From an uncultured Staphylococcaceae bacterium (GTDB lineage Bacteria > Bacillota_I > Bacilli_A > RFN20 > CAG-826): DNA of 64,000 bases. Of this stretch, positions 9,213 through 19,646 are shown in pieces. Position 1 is the stretch's first letter. Every line of letters starts with the position of its first letter. A program made the position numbers and the translations under genes. The stretch is from positions 1,200-65,199 of the forward strand of contig CAZDEE010000001.1 in the NCBI GenBank assembly GCA_964504595.1, written 5' to 3'. The notes beneath the pieces were generated by a model. That model did not search any database. It was not told the origin of the DNA and saw only the letters and a program-made list of their open reading frames with translations.

Positions 9213-10475
9213 ATGAAATATGCAAAACAAGATGATTGGCTAGAAATAAGATTGGGAAGTATTATTAGTGATTATGATCGTCGATTACTTACAATTTTAT
9301 ATCAACCTCTTATTGGCTATACCTCTTTAGCCCTTTATTTTACTCTTTGGGCAGAACATGACCGTAAGGCATATCAAGAAATTTGCACTCATGAAAACTT
9401 ATTCACTTTTATGCAAATTTCCGCAAGTGAATTTCAAAAAGCAAAAGAAAAATTAGAAGCGGTGGGCTTATTAAGAACATATTATCGTGAAGATAAAGGA
9501 ATTTCTTATTTTGTTTATACATTGTATGCGCCAAAACAACCGGGTGATTTTTTTGAAGATCCATTATTTTCTGGATTATTTGAAAAGTATTTAGGTCATA
9601 TAGAAGCAACAAAGATTGCAAGAACTTTTACAACAAATCATGATTATAGTAATTTAAAAGAAATATCAGCATCGTTTAGTAGTGTTTTTCTACCTGACTT
9701 AGACGATCCTTGTTATAGTAAAGCTTCGACATTAGCTAAGGGAAGCAAAAGAAAAAAAGTTTATGGTGATGTCAAGTGTGAATTTGATTTTGGTACATTT
9801 TTTGATGTATTGAAAAATAAATATGGATTTGCTAGTGAAAAAATCTTTACTGCAAAAGAAAGAAAAGAAATTGAACGTGTCGCTACACTTTTTGGTTTAG
9901 ATGGCTCTTCTATGGCAGATGTTGTTAATCGTACCTATTATCGAAATGAGGATGGAAAGGCAATATTCCGTTTGGATTTATTAAAAAAATATTGTCAAGA
10001 TGAACTTTATTTTCCAAGTATGGGAAAAGTTAAAGGTACAAAAAGTCAAATTACTTCAACTTCTAGAATTGCAAAGAAAATTGAGCTTCTTGAAACGATG
10101 TCTTGTTATGAATATTTAAAAATAAAGCAAAACATGACAGAACCAGTCTCAAGTGACATAGCCTTAATTGATAGATTGTCTTCAAAATTAAAACTACCTC
10201 CAAGTGTTATTAATACCCTTGTGGATTATGTTTTAGATGTCAAAGATAATACGCTTCCGGCTTCTTTTACTGAAAAAATTGGCGCAAGTTTAGCTAGAGC
10301 AAATATCACAAACGCCCTTGATGCGATGAACTTCTTAAATAAAAAGCGATATAAGAAGAATGAACCAACTGAAGTAGTAAGTGGTGAAGTTCAACAAGAA
10401 GTTATTGAAAATGATAATCAAAATGATGAAGATGTTGATTTAGATACATTGATTAGAGAACTACAAGGAGAATAA
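9213..10475 (+). CDS. dnaB: replication initiation and membrane attachment protein (B. subtilis DnaB type, DnaD-like domains)
   Basis: The N-terminus reads ...DRRLLTILYQPLIGYTSLALYFTLW... and the C-terminal half is DnaD-like. dnaI lies immediately downstream, as in the Bacillus dnaB-dnaI operon. I chose the ATG at 9213 because it has a GGGGTGAG Shine-Dalgarno. Confidence 0.75.
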   Translation: MKYAKQDDWLEIRLGSIISDYDRRLLTILYQPLIGYTSLALYFTLWAEHDRKAYQEICTHENLFTFMQISASEFQKAKEKLEAVGLLRTYYREDKGISYFVYTLYAPKQPGDFFEDPLFSGLFEKYLGHIEATKIARTFTTNHDYSNLKEISASFSSVFLPDLDDPCYSKASTLAKGSKRKKVYGDVKCEFDFGTFFDVLKNKYGFASEKIFTAKERKEIERVATLFGLDGSSMADVVNRTYYRNEDGKAIFRLDLLKKYCQDELYFPSMGKVKGTKSQITSTSRIAKKIELLETMSCYEYLKIKQNMTEPVSSDIALIDRLSSKLKLPPSVINTLVDYVLDVKDNTLPASFTEKIGASLARANITNALDAMNFLNKKRYKKNEPTEVVSGEVQQEVIENDNQNDEDVDLDTLIRELQGE

Positions 10476-10477
10476 AA

Positions 10478-11386
10478 ATGAAAAAAGGAACAATAAAAAA
10501 AATATTAATAAGCAATGATTTAGATCGATTTAAAGAAGAAGAATTAAATGCTTTATATAATGATTCATTAATGCAAAAGTACTTAAGTGAATTGAATATA
10601 AATGTAGAACTTGTTAATGAATATTTAGATATTTTTCTTGATATAAATGATGATTTACATTATTGCGCTTCTTGTCCGGGTCTAGAAAAATGCAAAAAAA
10701 AGAATCCTTGTTTATTAATAAAGCCAGAAATTGATGGAGACTATATTGAAAGAAAAATGGTATTCTGTCCAAAAATGATTCAAAAAAGAGAATTAGAAAA
10801 TAAGTTTATTACCCGTGATTTCAATTATGAATGGGTTGGAAAATCAATGTACAATAAAGTGGATTTTGATATTTCGGAGATAAGAAAACCTTTGATTATT
10901 AAATGCCGAGATTTATTAAAAAGTGACTCGAAAGATTGGTTATATCTATATGGGCCAAGTAGATTAGGAAAATCATATATTGTTGCGATACTAATTCAAG
11001 ATTTGTTGAAAAAGAATGAAGGGGAAAAATGTGCATTTCTTGATTCACCAACTCGAATTAAAGAGCTAAATGATTTATCATTCACAAATAAAGAAGAGTT
11101 TAATGAGCTTTTAAAAAAATATATGAATGTCGATTATTTAGTATTAGATGATTTTGGTAATGAGTATAAAAATGAATATATAAGAGATACAATTATCTAT
11201 CCTTTATTAAGTTATCGCGCAAAAGAAAATAAGCCAGTTTATTTTACTTCTCATTACAGTATAAAAGATTTAGTTTCATTATATGGAATTAATTCTTTAG
11301 GAAAAATCAAATCTCAATCATTAGGTGATTTGATTAAGATAATGTCGAAAAAAGAGATTCATTTAGAAGGAGTTAAAATCTATTAA
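10478..11386 (+). CDS. dnaI: primosomal helicase loader DnaI
   Basis: The N-terminal Cys cluster is CASCPGLEKC...C. The AAA+ Walker A is GPSRLGKSY and Walker B is LVLDDFG. Confidence 0.85.
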   Translation: MKKGTIKKILISNDLDRFKEEELNALYNDSLMQKYLSELNINVELVNEYLDIFLDINDDLHYCASCPGLEKCKKKNPCLLIKPEIDGDYIERKMVFCPKMIQKRELENKFITRDFNYEWVGKSMYNKVDFDISEIRKPLIIKCRDLLKSDSKDWLYLYGPSRLGKSYIVAILIQDLLKKNEGEKCAFLDSPTRIKELNDLSFTNKEEFNELLKKYMNVDYLVLDDFGNEYKNEYIRDTIIYPLLSYRAKENKPVYFTSHYSIKDLVSLYGINSLGKIKSQSLGDLIKIMSKKEIHLEGVKIY

Positions 11387-11467
11387 CTTTTGTGTAAAAA
11401 AAAGATAAAAAGAAACTATATTTAACTTATTAAACATAATTAACTTTTTATCAAAAAATATAAACCA

Positions 11468-12871
11468 CTAATTGTGTGATAAATTACTTATTATTTCATA
11501 TAGCATTGAACGTAGTGTTTCAATGCTATTTTTTGTATCTAAATAATAGGTAACAGCATCAGAATAAGGGTATTCTTCGCCAAGATAGTTCATTTTAATC
11601 ATTTTATCGATTTGAGCTTGATTTCTTTTTGAAAGGTTTCTGTATTGGTTTTTGTTATTAATCTTAATTGCAATAGTTATAGTGCATAAATCATCAAAGT
11701 TAGATTCAAATAGAAGAGGAATTTCTAAAGTAATAATATTTTTTTTAGATTTATTAATAAAATTAATAAGCTTTTCTCTAACTAAAGGATGGATAAATTT
11801 ATCTAGCGTTTTAAGTTTACTATTATCGTTTGCAATAGCATTTCTAAGTAATTCTTTATTAAAATCTCCATTTTCTGTAATAAGATTGATTTTAAGTAAC
11901 TTCTCAATTTCTTTAATAATATGAATATCTTTATATAAAGAAGATACAACATCATCACATGAAATGGTATCAGTTCCTAATTCTTTTAATATTTTAAGTG
12001 CGGTTGATTTACCTGATCCAATCGCACCTGTTAATCCGATAATAGTTTTATTAGTTAGTTTTTGACATCTTGGACAATAAGTTGTGCCTCTTCCTCCAAC
12101 AGTAGTTTTTAATAATTTACTGCCGCAAATAGGACATGATTGTCCTTTTTTTCCATAGACTAAGAGTTCCTCTTGGAATAGACCATTTACTTCTCTAGAA
12201 GCATGATATGATTTAATTGTTGAGCCTCCTAATTCAATTGCTTTTAATAAAGTTCTTTTTGAGGCTTCTAAAATGTTTTTCCAATCATCTTCTAAGAGTG
12301 TTTTTGCAATTCTTTGCGGATGTATTTTAGCTAGAAATAAGGTTTCATCGACATAAATATTTCCTAATCCAGAGACAAAAGTTTGATCTAAAAGAAGTGA
12401 TTTGATAGGCTTTGTAGATTTTTTCCCCTTTTCATATAAAACTTTATAATCATCAATTTCTAAAGGTTCTTGCCCTAAAGAACTTAACCAACAATCAGAG
12501 ATTAATTCATTTTGATGTACAATCTTCATGACTCCAAATTTACGTGAATCATCGTAGCAGACTTTTTGATTGCTATCTAAATAAAAGATAACTCGAGCAA
12601 AACGGCTATTATCTTCATTTAAATCATAAAAATAATATTTGCCTTCCATTCTTAAATGAGATATCAAAGCGTAATTATTTTCAAATTTAAATATTAGATA
12701 CTTTCCTTTTCTATCAATATCTGTAATTTTTGTATTTTTTATTAAATTTAAACTCTCTAATGAAGAATGAATCATTCTTCCGTATAGGACTTCAATCTCA
12801 ATAAATGCATGGCCTACTAATCGAGGTGATAATATTCTTCTTATAGTTTCTACTTCAGGTAATTCAGGCAT
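11468..12871 (-). CDS. in-frame fusion of formamidopyrimidine-DNA glycosylase (Fpg/MutM) and dephospho-CoA kinase (CoaE)
   Basis: The N-terminus MPELPEVETIRR carries the catalytic Pro2. The zinc finger CPICG...CPRCQK ends the Fpg part. After a linker of about 5 aa comes the CoaE P-loop IIGLTGAIGSGKST and a complete CoaE-like body. There is no stop between the two halves. The start at 12871 has a GAGGTGAG Shine-Dalgarno. Confidence 0.85.
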   Translation of the reverse strand: MPELPEVETIRRILSPRLVGHAFIEIEVLYGRMIHSSLESLNLIKNTKITDIDRKGKYLIFKFENNYALISHLRMEGKYYFYDLNEDNSRFARVIFYLDSNQKVCYDDSRKFGVMKIVHQNELISDCWLSSLGQEPLEIDDYKVLYEKGKKSTKPIKSLLLDQTFVSGLGNIYVDETLFLAKIHPQRIAKTLLEDDWKNILEASKRTLLKAIELGGSTIKSYHASREVNGLFQEELLVYGKKGQSCPICGSKLLKTTVGGRGTTYCPRCQKLTNKTIIGLTGAIGSGKSTALKILKELGTDTISCDDVVSSLYKDIHIIKEIEKLLKINLITENGDFNKELLRNAIANDNSKLKTLDKFIHPLVREKLINFINKSKKNIITLEIPLLFESNFDDLCTITIAIKINNKNQYRNLSKRNQAQIDKMIKMNYLGEEYPYSDAVTYYLDTKNSIETLRSMLYEIISNLSHN

Positions 12872-12882
12872 ATGTCTCACCT

Positions 12883-15483
12883 CTATTTTGCATCGTACCA
12901 TGTTTTTGCGTAGCTTCCATCAACTTTTAATGGAGTCGCAAAAGACATTGAGTTTTCCATTGTTTCAACGACGAGATTTGTAACTTCTTCAATATCATCT
13001 TTATGAACTTTAAAGATTAATTCATCATGTATTTGAAGAACCATTTTAGCTCGAAGATTAGAAGAAGATAGCTTTTCATCGATTTTAATCATCGCTATTT
13101 TAATTAAATCGGCAGCAGTACCTTGTATTGGAGCGTTCATTGCGGCACGCTTAGCAAATTCACGTACTTGATATGATGAATCATGAATTTCTCGAAGATA
13201 TCTTCTTCTTCCTAAAACAGTGGTTACATAGCCATTTTGTTCAGCGTTAGAGACTATATCTCTTAAATAAATGCCAATTTCTGGATAAGCGCTATAGAAT
13301 GAATTAATGATATTCTTAGCTTCTTTAGGGGTCACATTTATTTGTTCGCTTAGTCCCCAGTCGGATATACCATAAACAATACCAAAATTAACCGCTTTTG
13401 CTTTTCTTCTTAATGAAGATGGAACTTCACCTTCGATGTTAAAAATGTGTCTAGCGGTTACTTCGTGAATATCTTCGCCGTTTTTAAATGCTTCAATTAA
13501 TTTCGTACAATTAGAAAGACTTGCTAATATTCTAAGTTCGATTTGAGAATAGTCCATTGATAATATATATGTGTTTTCATCATCATAATAAAAGGCTTTA
13601 CGAATTGATTTTCCTTCTTCATCGCGAACAGAAATATTTTGGAGATTAGGTTCGCTACTAGAAAGTCTTCCTGTAGTAGTTAAAGCTTGATTAAATATAG
13701 CGTGTAATTTACTGTCTTCAAATAAGTAGTTTTCTAAGCCGTCAATATATGTTGATACAAGTTTAGCGTATTTGCGATGTTCTAGAATAAGATTTACAAT
13801 TGGATGATATTGAACAAGTGTTTTTAAAACATCCATTGATGTTGACCCTTTTCTTTGATTTGGAAGTCCTATTTTATCATATAGAATTGATGCAACTTGC
13901 TTTGGTGAAGATATATTAAATTCTTCGCCTGCTTCAAGATATATTTTTTGGGTTATATCATTTAGCTTTTCTTTAAATTGTTGTCCAATTTCGCGAAGAG
14001 TATTGATATTTAAAGGAAATCCTTCAATTTCCATTTTTGCTAAAACATTGCATAATGGGCATTCAACATTTAAAAATAAATCTAAAGCATTATTTTCTTT
14101 TAAATCTTTAAGTACTTCTGAAGAAATTTCTTTTGAATAATAAGCAATTTCACCCGTTCTTTTTATATTAGAAGTGTTAAAAAGGCTAATTTCTTCATTA
14201 TGAGAAATTGAAATATTGAAATAGGAAAATATAGCATCTTCTTCATTAATTAAAGAAGAATCTAATAGATATGATGCAAGTAAAAGATCAAATTTTAATC
14301 CTTCTAATCCGATATCATAACGATTTAAAAGAACTTTAATTGCTTTATAATCGAAACAATATTTTTCTATTTCTTTATCTTTTAACCAATCTTTAAGGGA
14401 AGAATCGTTAATTAAATTATCTTTTGAAATATAATATGTTTTTCCATCAAATGAGATACCTAAACCAAATAATTCCGCCTTATGATATGAAGTGTTTTCT
14501 TTATCAATTGCGATTCCGATGGCCTTTGGTTTAATAAAACCTGAAAAAGAGGAAATTTCAATAACATCAACAGAGTGGACAATTTCTTTTGTAATTTTTG
14601 ATTTTCCTTGGACACTAATTTTAGAAAGTAGTTGCTTTAGCTCATAACGAGAGCAGAAAGAACTTATTTCTTTAAAATCATATCCTAAATATTCTGTTGA
14701 TTCTAGGGTAAAGTTTAAAGGTACATCGATAATAATTTTAGCTAAATGTTTACACATTTTACCTAATTCAGCATTAGCAACAATTTTTTCGCCCAATTTT
14801 GAATTCATATTTGGAGCGGCTTCTATTATCGACTCCAAAGTTCCGTATTCTTGAATTAACTTGATTGCGGTTTTATCACCGACGCCAGGAATTCCTGGAA
14901 GATTATCACTGGAATCGCCACGTAATCCTTTATAGTCAAGGATTTGTAGAGGAGTAAATCCGTATTTTTCAACCATGTTTTCATTATTGATTATTTCAAC
15001 TTCAGAAAGTCCTTTTTTAAGAATATGAATTTCAATTTTATCATCGATTAGTTGAAGAAAATCTTTGTCAGATGTATATATTTCGACATCGTATCCTTCT
15101 TTGGCGGCCTTTTTTGCAGCAGTACCCGCAACATCATCGCCTTCATAACCTTCGATTTCGGCGGTAAAGACACCTAAAGCATGTAGAAGTTCTCGCGCCA
15201 AAGGCATTTGAATACTTAGTTCTTCTGGACATGGTTTACGATTTGCTTTATATGTATCTAATTCACTATGTCTAAATGTTTTTTTACCAGTATCAAAGGC
15301 AACGATAATATGTTCATCGCTTTTAAAAGATGAAATAATTTTATTAATCATATTTCCGAAAGCAAATAATGCGTTTGTTGGAACTCCGTCTTTTGTTTTC
15401 ATGATTGTAGCGCCTGGATAACTTGTGGCATAGAACGCTCTAAAAAGCAATGAATTACCATCTATAACTAATAATTTTGGCAT
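12883..15483 (-). CDS. polA: DNA polymerase I
   Basis: The 5'-nuclease domain shows LLVIDGNSLLFRAFYA and GIPGVGDKTA. The polymerase motifs are DYSQIELR, RRKAKAVNFGIVYG and QIHDEL. The start at 15483 follows GGGAGG. Confidence 0.97.
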   Translation of the reverse strand: MPKLLVIDGNSLLFRAFYATSYPGATIMKTKDGVPTNALFAFGNMINKIISSFKSDEHIIVAFDTGKKTFRHSELDTYKANRKPCPEELSIQMPLARELLHALGVFTAEIEGYEGDDVAGTAAKKAAKEGYDVEIYTSDKDFLQLIDDKIEIHILKKGLSEVEIINNENMVEKYGFTPLQILDYKGLRGDSSDNLPGIPGVGDKTAIKLIQEYGTLESIIEAAPNMNSKLGEKIVANAELGKMCKHLAKIIIDVPLNFTLESTEYLGYDFKEISSFCSRYELKQLLSKISVQGKSKITKEIVHSVDVIEISSFSGFIKPKAIGIAIDKENTSYHKAELFGLGISFDGKTYYISKDNLINDSSLKDWLKDKEIEKYCFDYKAIKVLLNRYDIGLEGLKFDLLLASYLLDSSLINEEDAIFSYFNISISHNEEISLFNTSNIKRTGEIAYYSKEISSEVLKDLKENNALDLFLNVECPLCNVLAKMEIEGFPLNINTLREIGQQFKEKLNDITQKIYLEAGEEFNISSPKQVASILYDKIGLPNQRKGSTSMDVLKTLVQYHPIVNLILEHRKYAKLVSTYIDGLENYLFEDSKLHAIFNQALTTTGRLSSSEPNLQNISVRDEEGKSIRKAFYYDDENTYILSMDYSQIELRILASLSNCTKLIEAFKNGEDIHEVTARHIFNIEGEVPSSLRRKAKAVNFGIVYGISDWGLSEQINVTPKEAKNIINSFYSAYPEIGIYLRDIVSNAEQNGYVTTVLGRRRYLREIHDSSYQVREFAKRAAMNAPIQGTAADLIKIAMIKIDEKLSSSNLRAKMVLQIHDELIFKVHKDDIEEVTNLVVETMENSMSFATPLKVDGSYAKTWYDAK

Positions 15484-15485
15484 AT

Positions 15486-18400
15486 TTATTCCTCCCATTT
15501 TTTCATTTCTTCTGCTATGAATGAGTTGTCATTTATTTTTCCCTTAATAATGAAAATTTGATTTTTACTTATACTCATAAATGTAGTTGCGTACAATTTT
15601 GGAAATACGACAACTTCGATTTCTCCATCATCATCAAAAAAAGTAATAAACGCCATAGGCTCACCTTTTTTAGTTTTGATTGTCTTAAATGTTTTAACAA
15701 TACCAGCGAAAGTTATATATGATGTGCTGTTTTTAGCGTCATATATCGATTTGATTTTTCTAGATGCAAGCTTTTCTTTAATGTAGTAAAGAGGTGTTTT
15801 AGATATCATTACCCCAATTGATTCAGCTTCATTTAGTAATTTTTCTAAAGGATCATCTTCGATTTTCTCAATTAAAGGAGGAGGTAAAATAAAATTCAAA
15901 TTGTCTTCTCCAACATTATATGAATTGCCAATCAAAGAAGCATATTCGACTGCCCCTAAAGTAGCTTTTTTCAAAGAAGAACGTGTATATCCAAATTCAT
16001 CTAGAGCTCCGGAATTAATGAGCATTTCAATTTGACTAGAATTAATTCGATATGAAGACATTCTAATAACAAAATCAAAGAAAGAAGTGAATAATCCTTT
16101 TTTTCTTTCGTTAATGATATCATCACAAATAACATTATTTATTCCCTTAATAGATATAAGAGGAAATAATAATGAATTATTTTGAACTAGATATTCTCTA
16201 GTTGATTTGTTAATAGAAGGTAAGAGGATATTAATTCCAAATGATTTAATTTCACTAATATATTCATTAAATTTACTATCACCAGTTGATGATGTTTGTT
16301 CTAATATTGTGGCATAAAATTCGACTGGATATTTTGCTTTTAAATATCCCATTTTACAAGACAACATCGAGTATGCAACAGAATGGGCTTTTTTAAATCC
16401 GTAATTAGCAAATTTTAGGATATGTTCGTATATTGATTTTGCTAGTTCTTCACTATGCCCATTATTAACCGCGCCAATTAAGAACTCTTTTTCCATAATT
16501 TCTAGTTTGCTTGCATCTTTTTTTGAGATAGCGCGCCTAAAAAGATCCGCTTTTGAAAGAGAGAAACCAGCGATTTTTGTAACTACTTGTAAAACTTGTT
16601 CTTGATAGACAATAATTCCATATGTTGAAGACAAAATATCTTCAACTTCATCGCAAAAGTAGGTTGTTTTTTCAAGTCCTTTTTTTCTTGCAGCATAAAG
16701 AGGAATGTTATTTAATGGTCCTGGTCTAAAAAGGGCTAGTAAAGCGATAATATCATCAAAACGATTTGGTTCAAGAAGCTTTATAGCTTTTTTTATGCCA
16801 CTTGATTCTAATTGAAATAGTCCCATGGTTTTAGTTGAAGAAATTAATGAAAAAACAATATCTTCATCAAAAGGTAAAGATTCTAAATCATAATTAGTTT
16901 GGTGATTTACATTTATTTTATTGATACATCTTTCAATAATTGTTAAATTTCGTAAGCCTAATAAATCCATTTTTAAAAATCCTTGATCCGCAAGTGGATT
17001 CATTTCATATTGAGAGATATAGTTGTTTTTATCATCGATGAGAACTGGAATTGAATTTAAAAGATTATCATCATTTAAAATTATACCTGCAGCATGAGTA
17101 GAAGAATGACGAGGTAAACCTTCAATCTTTGATGCCAATCGAATAATATTTAAATAGTATTTATCACTATCGACAAGACTTTTAAATGCAGGGATTTTTT
17201 TATAAGCTTCTCTTAAAGATAATCTATTATCAGGAATTGTTTTTGAAAGTAAATCTATATGATGAGTTGGAATAGCGTAAATCCTTCCAACATCTCTTAT
17301 TGATTGTTTTGCACCTATAGTTTGAAAAGTGATAATATTAGCAACATGATTATGACCATATTTTTCTTTTAAATATTCGACAACTTCATCGCGTCTTATA
17401 TCACCAAAGTCGATATCAATATCAGGCATTGTACTTCGTGCTGGATTTAAAAAGCTTTCAAAAAGAAGTTGATATTTTAAAGGATCAACACTAGTAATTC
17501 TTAATAAATAGGCAACTAAAGATGATGCAGCAGAGCCTCTACCTGGCCCAACAAGTATTTTATGTTCTTTTGCATATTGTACATAATCGGCAACTATTAT
17601 GAAATAATCAGAGTAGCCCATGTTTTTAATAACTTCTAATTCATAATCTAATCTTTTTAAATAATCTTCTTTTCCTAGATTAAACTCTTTTAAGGCCTTT
17701 AAGGTCATTTCTTTTAGTGTTAAATCACTATTTTTTGGTCCTTTATATTTTAATAAGCGACCTCTTTTAGTGAAAAAATCTACATTACACGATTTTGCAA
17801 TAACAGTTGTTAAATTTAATTCCTCTTCATTATAAAGATCTTGAAGTTCTGTTTTTGAATGAAAATAATTAAATCCGACTTCTTCATTTTCAATAATTTT
17901 CTCATCATTTGCGATTGCATTAACAATTTTCAGTGTTATAGCATCATTTTTTTCTTCATAAAGAATTTTTGGAAAGGCAATGACTTGATAGCCATAATTA
18001 GAAGCAAAATCTCTAACAATTGAAGCATATTTTTTATCTTTTTCATTATAGATTTCTAAACCTAAATAGAATGATTTAAATAAAGAAGATATGGAAGATA
18101 AAGTGACTAAATTACTATGTGACTTATTAGTAATTATTTCTTTAATTGATTCTTGAAAGGAAGAAGTAACACAAATAAGTCCATTGCGATGTTCTTTTAA
18201 AAAATCAAAATCTAAATTATCGGTTTTTGAGAGCATTGAGCTAATTTGACATAAATTTAAATATCCATTTTCATCTTTTGCATATAAACAAATAGTATAG
18301 TGGTTTAAGTTAAAAATTAATGTGCATTCTAAACCTATTATAGTATTGATATTATTTTTCTTTCCTTCATAGATAAAAGAAGGAATTCCAAAAAGAACTT

Positions 18401-18524
18401 TATAATCACATAATGCAGCGGAATGATATCCATTTTTATTTAGTGCTTTAAAAATTCTTTCAACAGAAAGACCACTTTTTAAAAAAGAATAACCGCTTCT
18501 AATGTTTAAAGGAGTAAATTCCAT
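15486..18524 (-). CDS. dnaE: DNA polymerase III alpha subunit (DnaE type)
   Basis: 1012 aa. It has an N-terminal PHP domain, GRGSAASSLVAYLLRIT, PDIDIDF and an OB-fold C-terminus. I chose the ATG at 18524, after a GAGGTGA Shine-Dalgarno. Its stop lies 2 nt from the polA start. Confidence 0.95.
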   Translation of the reverse strand: MEFTPLNIRSGYSFLKSGLSVERIFKALNKNGYHSAALCDYKVLFGIPSFIYEGKKNNINTIIGLECTLIFNLNHYTICLYAKDENGYLNLCQISSMLSKTDNLDFDFLKEHRNGLICVTSSFQESIKEIITNKSHSNLVTLSSISSLFKSFYLGLEIYNEKDKKYASIVRDFASNYGYQVIAFPKILYEEKNDAITLKIVNAIANDEKIIENEEVGFNYFHSKTELQDLYNEEELNLTTVIAKSCNVDFFTKRGRLLKYKGPKNSDLTLKEMTLKALKEFNLGKEDYLKRLDYELEVIKNMGYSDYFIIVADYVQYAKEHKILVGPGRGSAASSLVAYLLRITSVDPLKYQLLFESFLNPARSTMPDIDIDFGDIRRDEVVEYLKEKYGHNHVANIITFQTIGAKQSIRDVGRIYAIPTHHIDLLSKTIPDNRLSLREAYKKIPAFKSLVDSDKYYLNIIRLASKIEGLPRHSSTHAAGIILNDDNLLNSIPVLIDDKNNYISQYEMNPLADQGFLKMDLLGLRNLTIIERCINKINVNHQTNYDLESLPFDEDIVFSLISSTKTMGLFQLESSGIKKAIKLLEPNRFDDIIALLALFRPGPLNNIPLYAARKKGLEKTTYFCDEVEDILSSTYGIIVYQEQVLQVVTKIAGFSLSKADLFRRAISKKDASKLEIMEKEFLIGAVNNGHSEELAKSIYEHILKFANYGFKKAHSVAYSMLSCKMGYLKAKYPVEFYATILEQTSSTGDSKFNEYISEIKSFGINILLPSINKSTREYLVQNNSLLFPLISIKGINNVICDDIINERKKGLFTSFFDFVIRMSSYRINSSQIEMLINSGALDEFGYTRSSLKKATLGAVEYASLIGNSYNVGEDNLNFILPPPLIEKIEDDPLEKLLNEAESIGVMISKTPLYYIKEKLASRKIKSIYDAKNSTSYITFAGIVKTFKTIKTKKGEPMAFITFFDDDGEIEVVVFPKLYATTFMSISKNQIFIIKGKINDNSFIAEEMKKWEE

Positions 18525-18589
18525 TTCTTTCACCTCGTTTTATATTTTAGCATTAATGAAAGTTAATAAAAAGAATATTTATTTATAGA

Positions 18590-18633
18590 ATAAATAAAAA
18601 GCCCAATTTTGACTAATTCAAAATAGGACTTTC
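18590..18633 (-). terminator. possible imperfect terminator after nrnA
   Basis: A 13-bp stem with 2 mismatches (plus-strand AAAGCCCAATTTT at 18598-18610 and AAAATAGGACTTT at 18621-18633), followed by a U-rich tract on the minus strand. Confidence 0.35.
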
Positions 18634-18640
18634 GTAGTTA

Positions 18641-19633
18641 TTAAATAATTAATTTATCTAAATCATCAATTAAAGTTGGAAGTTCATCAAGACTATATAT
18701 TTCAGCACCAGATGCTTGATCATGGCCACCACCATGATATTTTTCAGCAACGCCATTAATTTTTATACCTTTGCTTCTAATAGAAACTTTCCAACGATTA
18801 TGTGATTTATCTTCCGTAATGGAACACCATATATGAATATCTTCAATATTTGAAAGTTGACCTAAGTTTTCTTTTCCTCTTTCAAAGGTTATATTTAATT
18901 CATTTTGAATTTTTTCACTAAGAACATAATATGCAACTCCGTGAGGTGAAACTTTAAAGTTATTTAAAACATAAGCGGTAACTTTTAGGTCTTCCATTTG
19001 TTTTTGATACATCTTTTGATAAACATCTTTTGATATATCAAATCCAGTGGAAATTAAGCGCTTCGCAACTTCGAAGGTAGTTACAGAAGTAGAATTAAAT
19101 AAGAATCTACCGGAATCTCCGACTAATCCGCTATACAAGTATTTAGCGCAGTTTTTAGAGATTTTATATTTTTTAGGAAATGAAAAAAGAATTAATGAAA
19201 CTAATTCAGCAGCAGCAGCTAAATCTTCTAAAACAATATTGACATTTCCATACGATTCGCGATTTGGATGATGGTCAATTTTAATAATATAAGAAGCTTG
19301 TTTAAAATGACCATCTGATATTCTTTTTGTATCCGCAGTATCAACCACAATTGCTAAAAAAGGTTCGTTATAATATGCTTCATCTAGTATTTCCATTTCT
19401 TGATAGAGGCGAGGAGTGAAGACTACATGATTTTCTCCAACAATATGCACATCTTTAGAAGGAAAGTTTTCTTTAATGAAATAATATAATCCGATTTGAG
19501 TTCCTAAGGCATCAAAATCAGGAGTTTGATGACGAAATATAACAATTCTGTCATATTCTTTGATTTTTTTTAAAACCAATTTTACTTCTTTTTTATACGA
19601 AGAAAGTACATTTTTAATATTATTTTTAAACAT
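18641..19633 (-). CDS. nrnA: DHH/DHHA1 phosphoesterase (NrnA-like oligoribonuclease / pAp phosphatase)
   Basis: The motifs are HQTPDFDALG, VDTAD, IDHHPN and, in DHHA1, GGGHDQASGA. Confidence 0.8.
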   Translation of the reverse strand: MFKNNIKNVLSSYKKEVKLVLKKIKEYDRIVIFRHQTPDFDALGTQIGLYYFIKENFPSKDVHIVGENHVVFTPRLYQEMEILDEAYYNEPFLAIVVDTADTKRISDGHFKQASYIIKIDHHPNRESYGNVNIVLEDLAAAAELVSLILFSFPKKYKISKNCAKYLYSGLVGDSGRFLFNSTSVTTFEVAKRLISTGFDISKDVYQKMYQKQMEDLKVTAYVLNNFKVSPHGVAYYVLSEKIQNELNITFERGKENLGQLSNIEDIHIWCSITEDKSHNRWKVSIRSKGIKINGVAEKYHGGGHDQASGAEIYSLDELPTLIDDLDKLII

Positions 19634-19646
19634 AATGACACCTTAA

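Noticed and set aside
12872-12901. N-terminal extensions proposed by the ORF track. Examples: MVRCKIEVRH before Fpg; similar extensions at 3980-4009, 7310-7330, 15484-15498, 18525-18533, 21053-21061, 35551-35583, 43796-43828, 45700-45738, 49855-49884 and 58597-58611.
   Set aside because: In each case an internal ATG has a proper Shine-Dalgarno at 5-9 nt and gives the canonical family N-terminus. For example, Fpg must start Met-Pro. The extensions often begin at GTG or TTG triplets that are themselves part of the Shine-Dalgarno or of the upstream gene.
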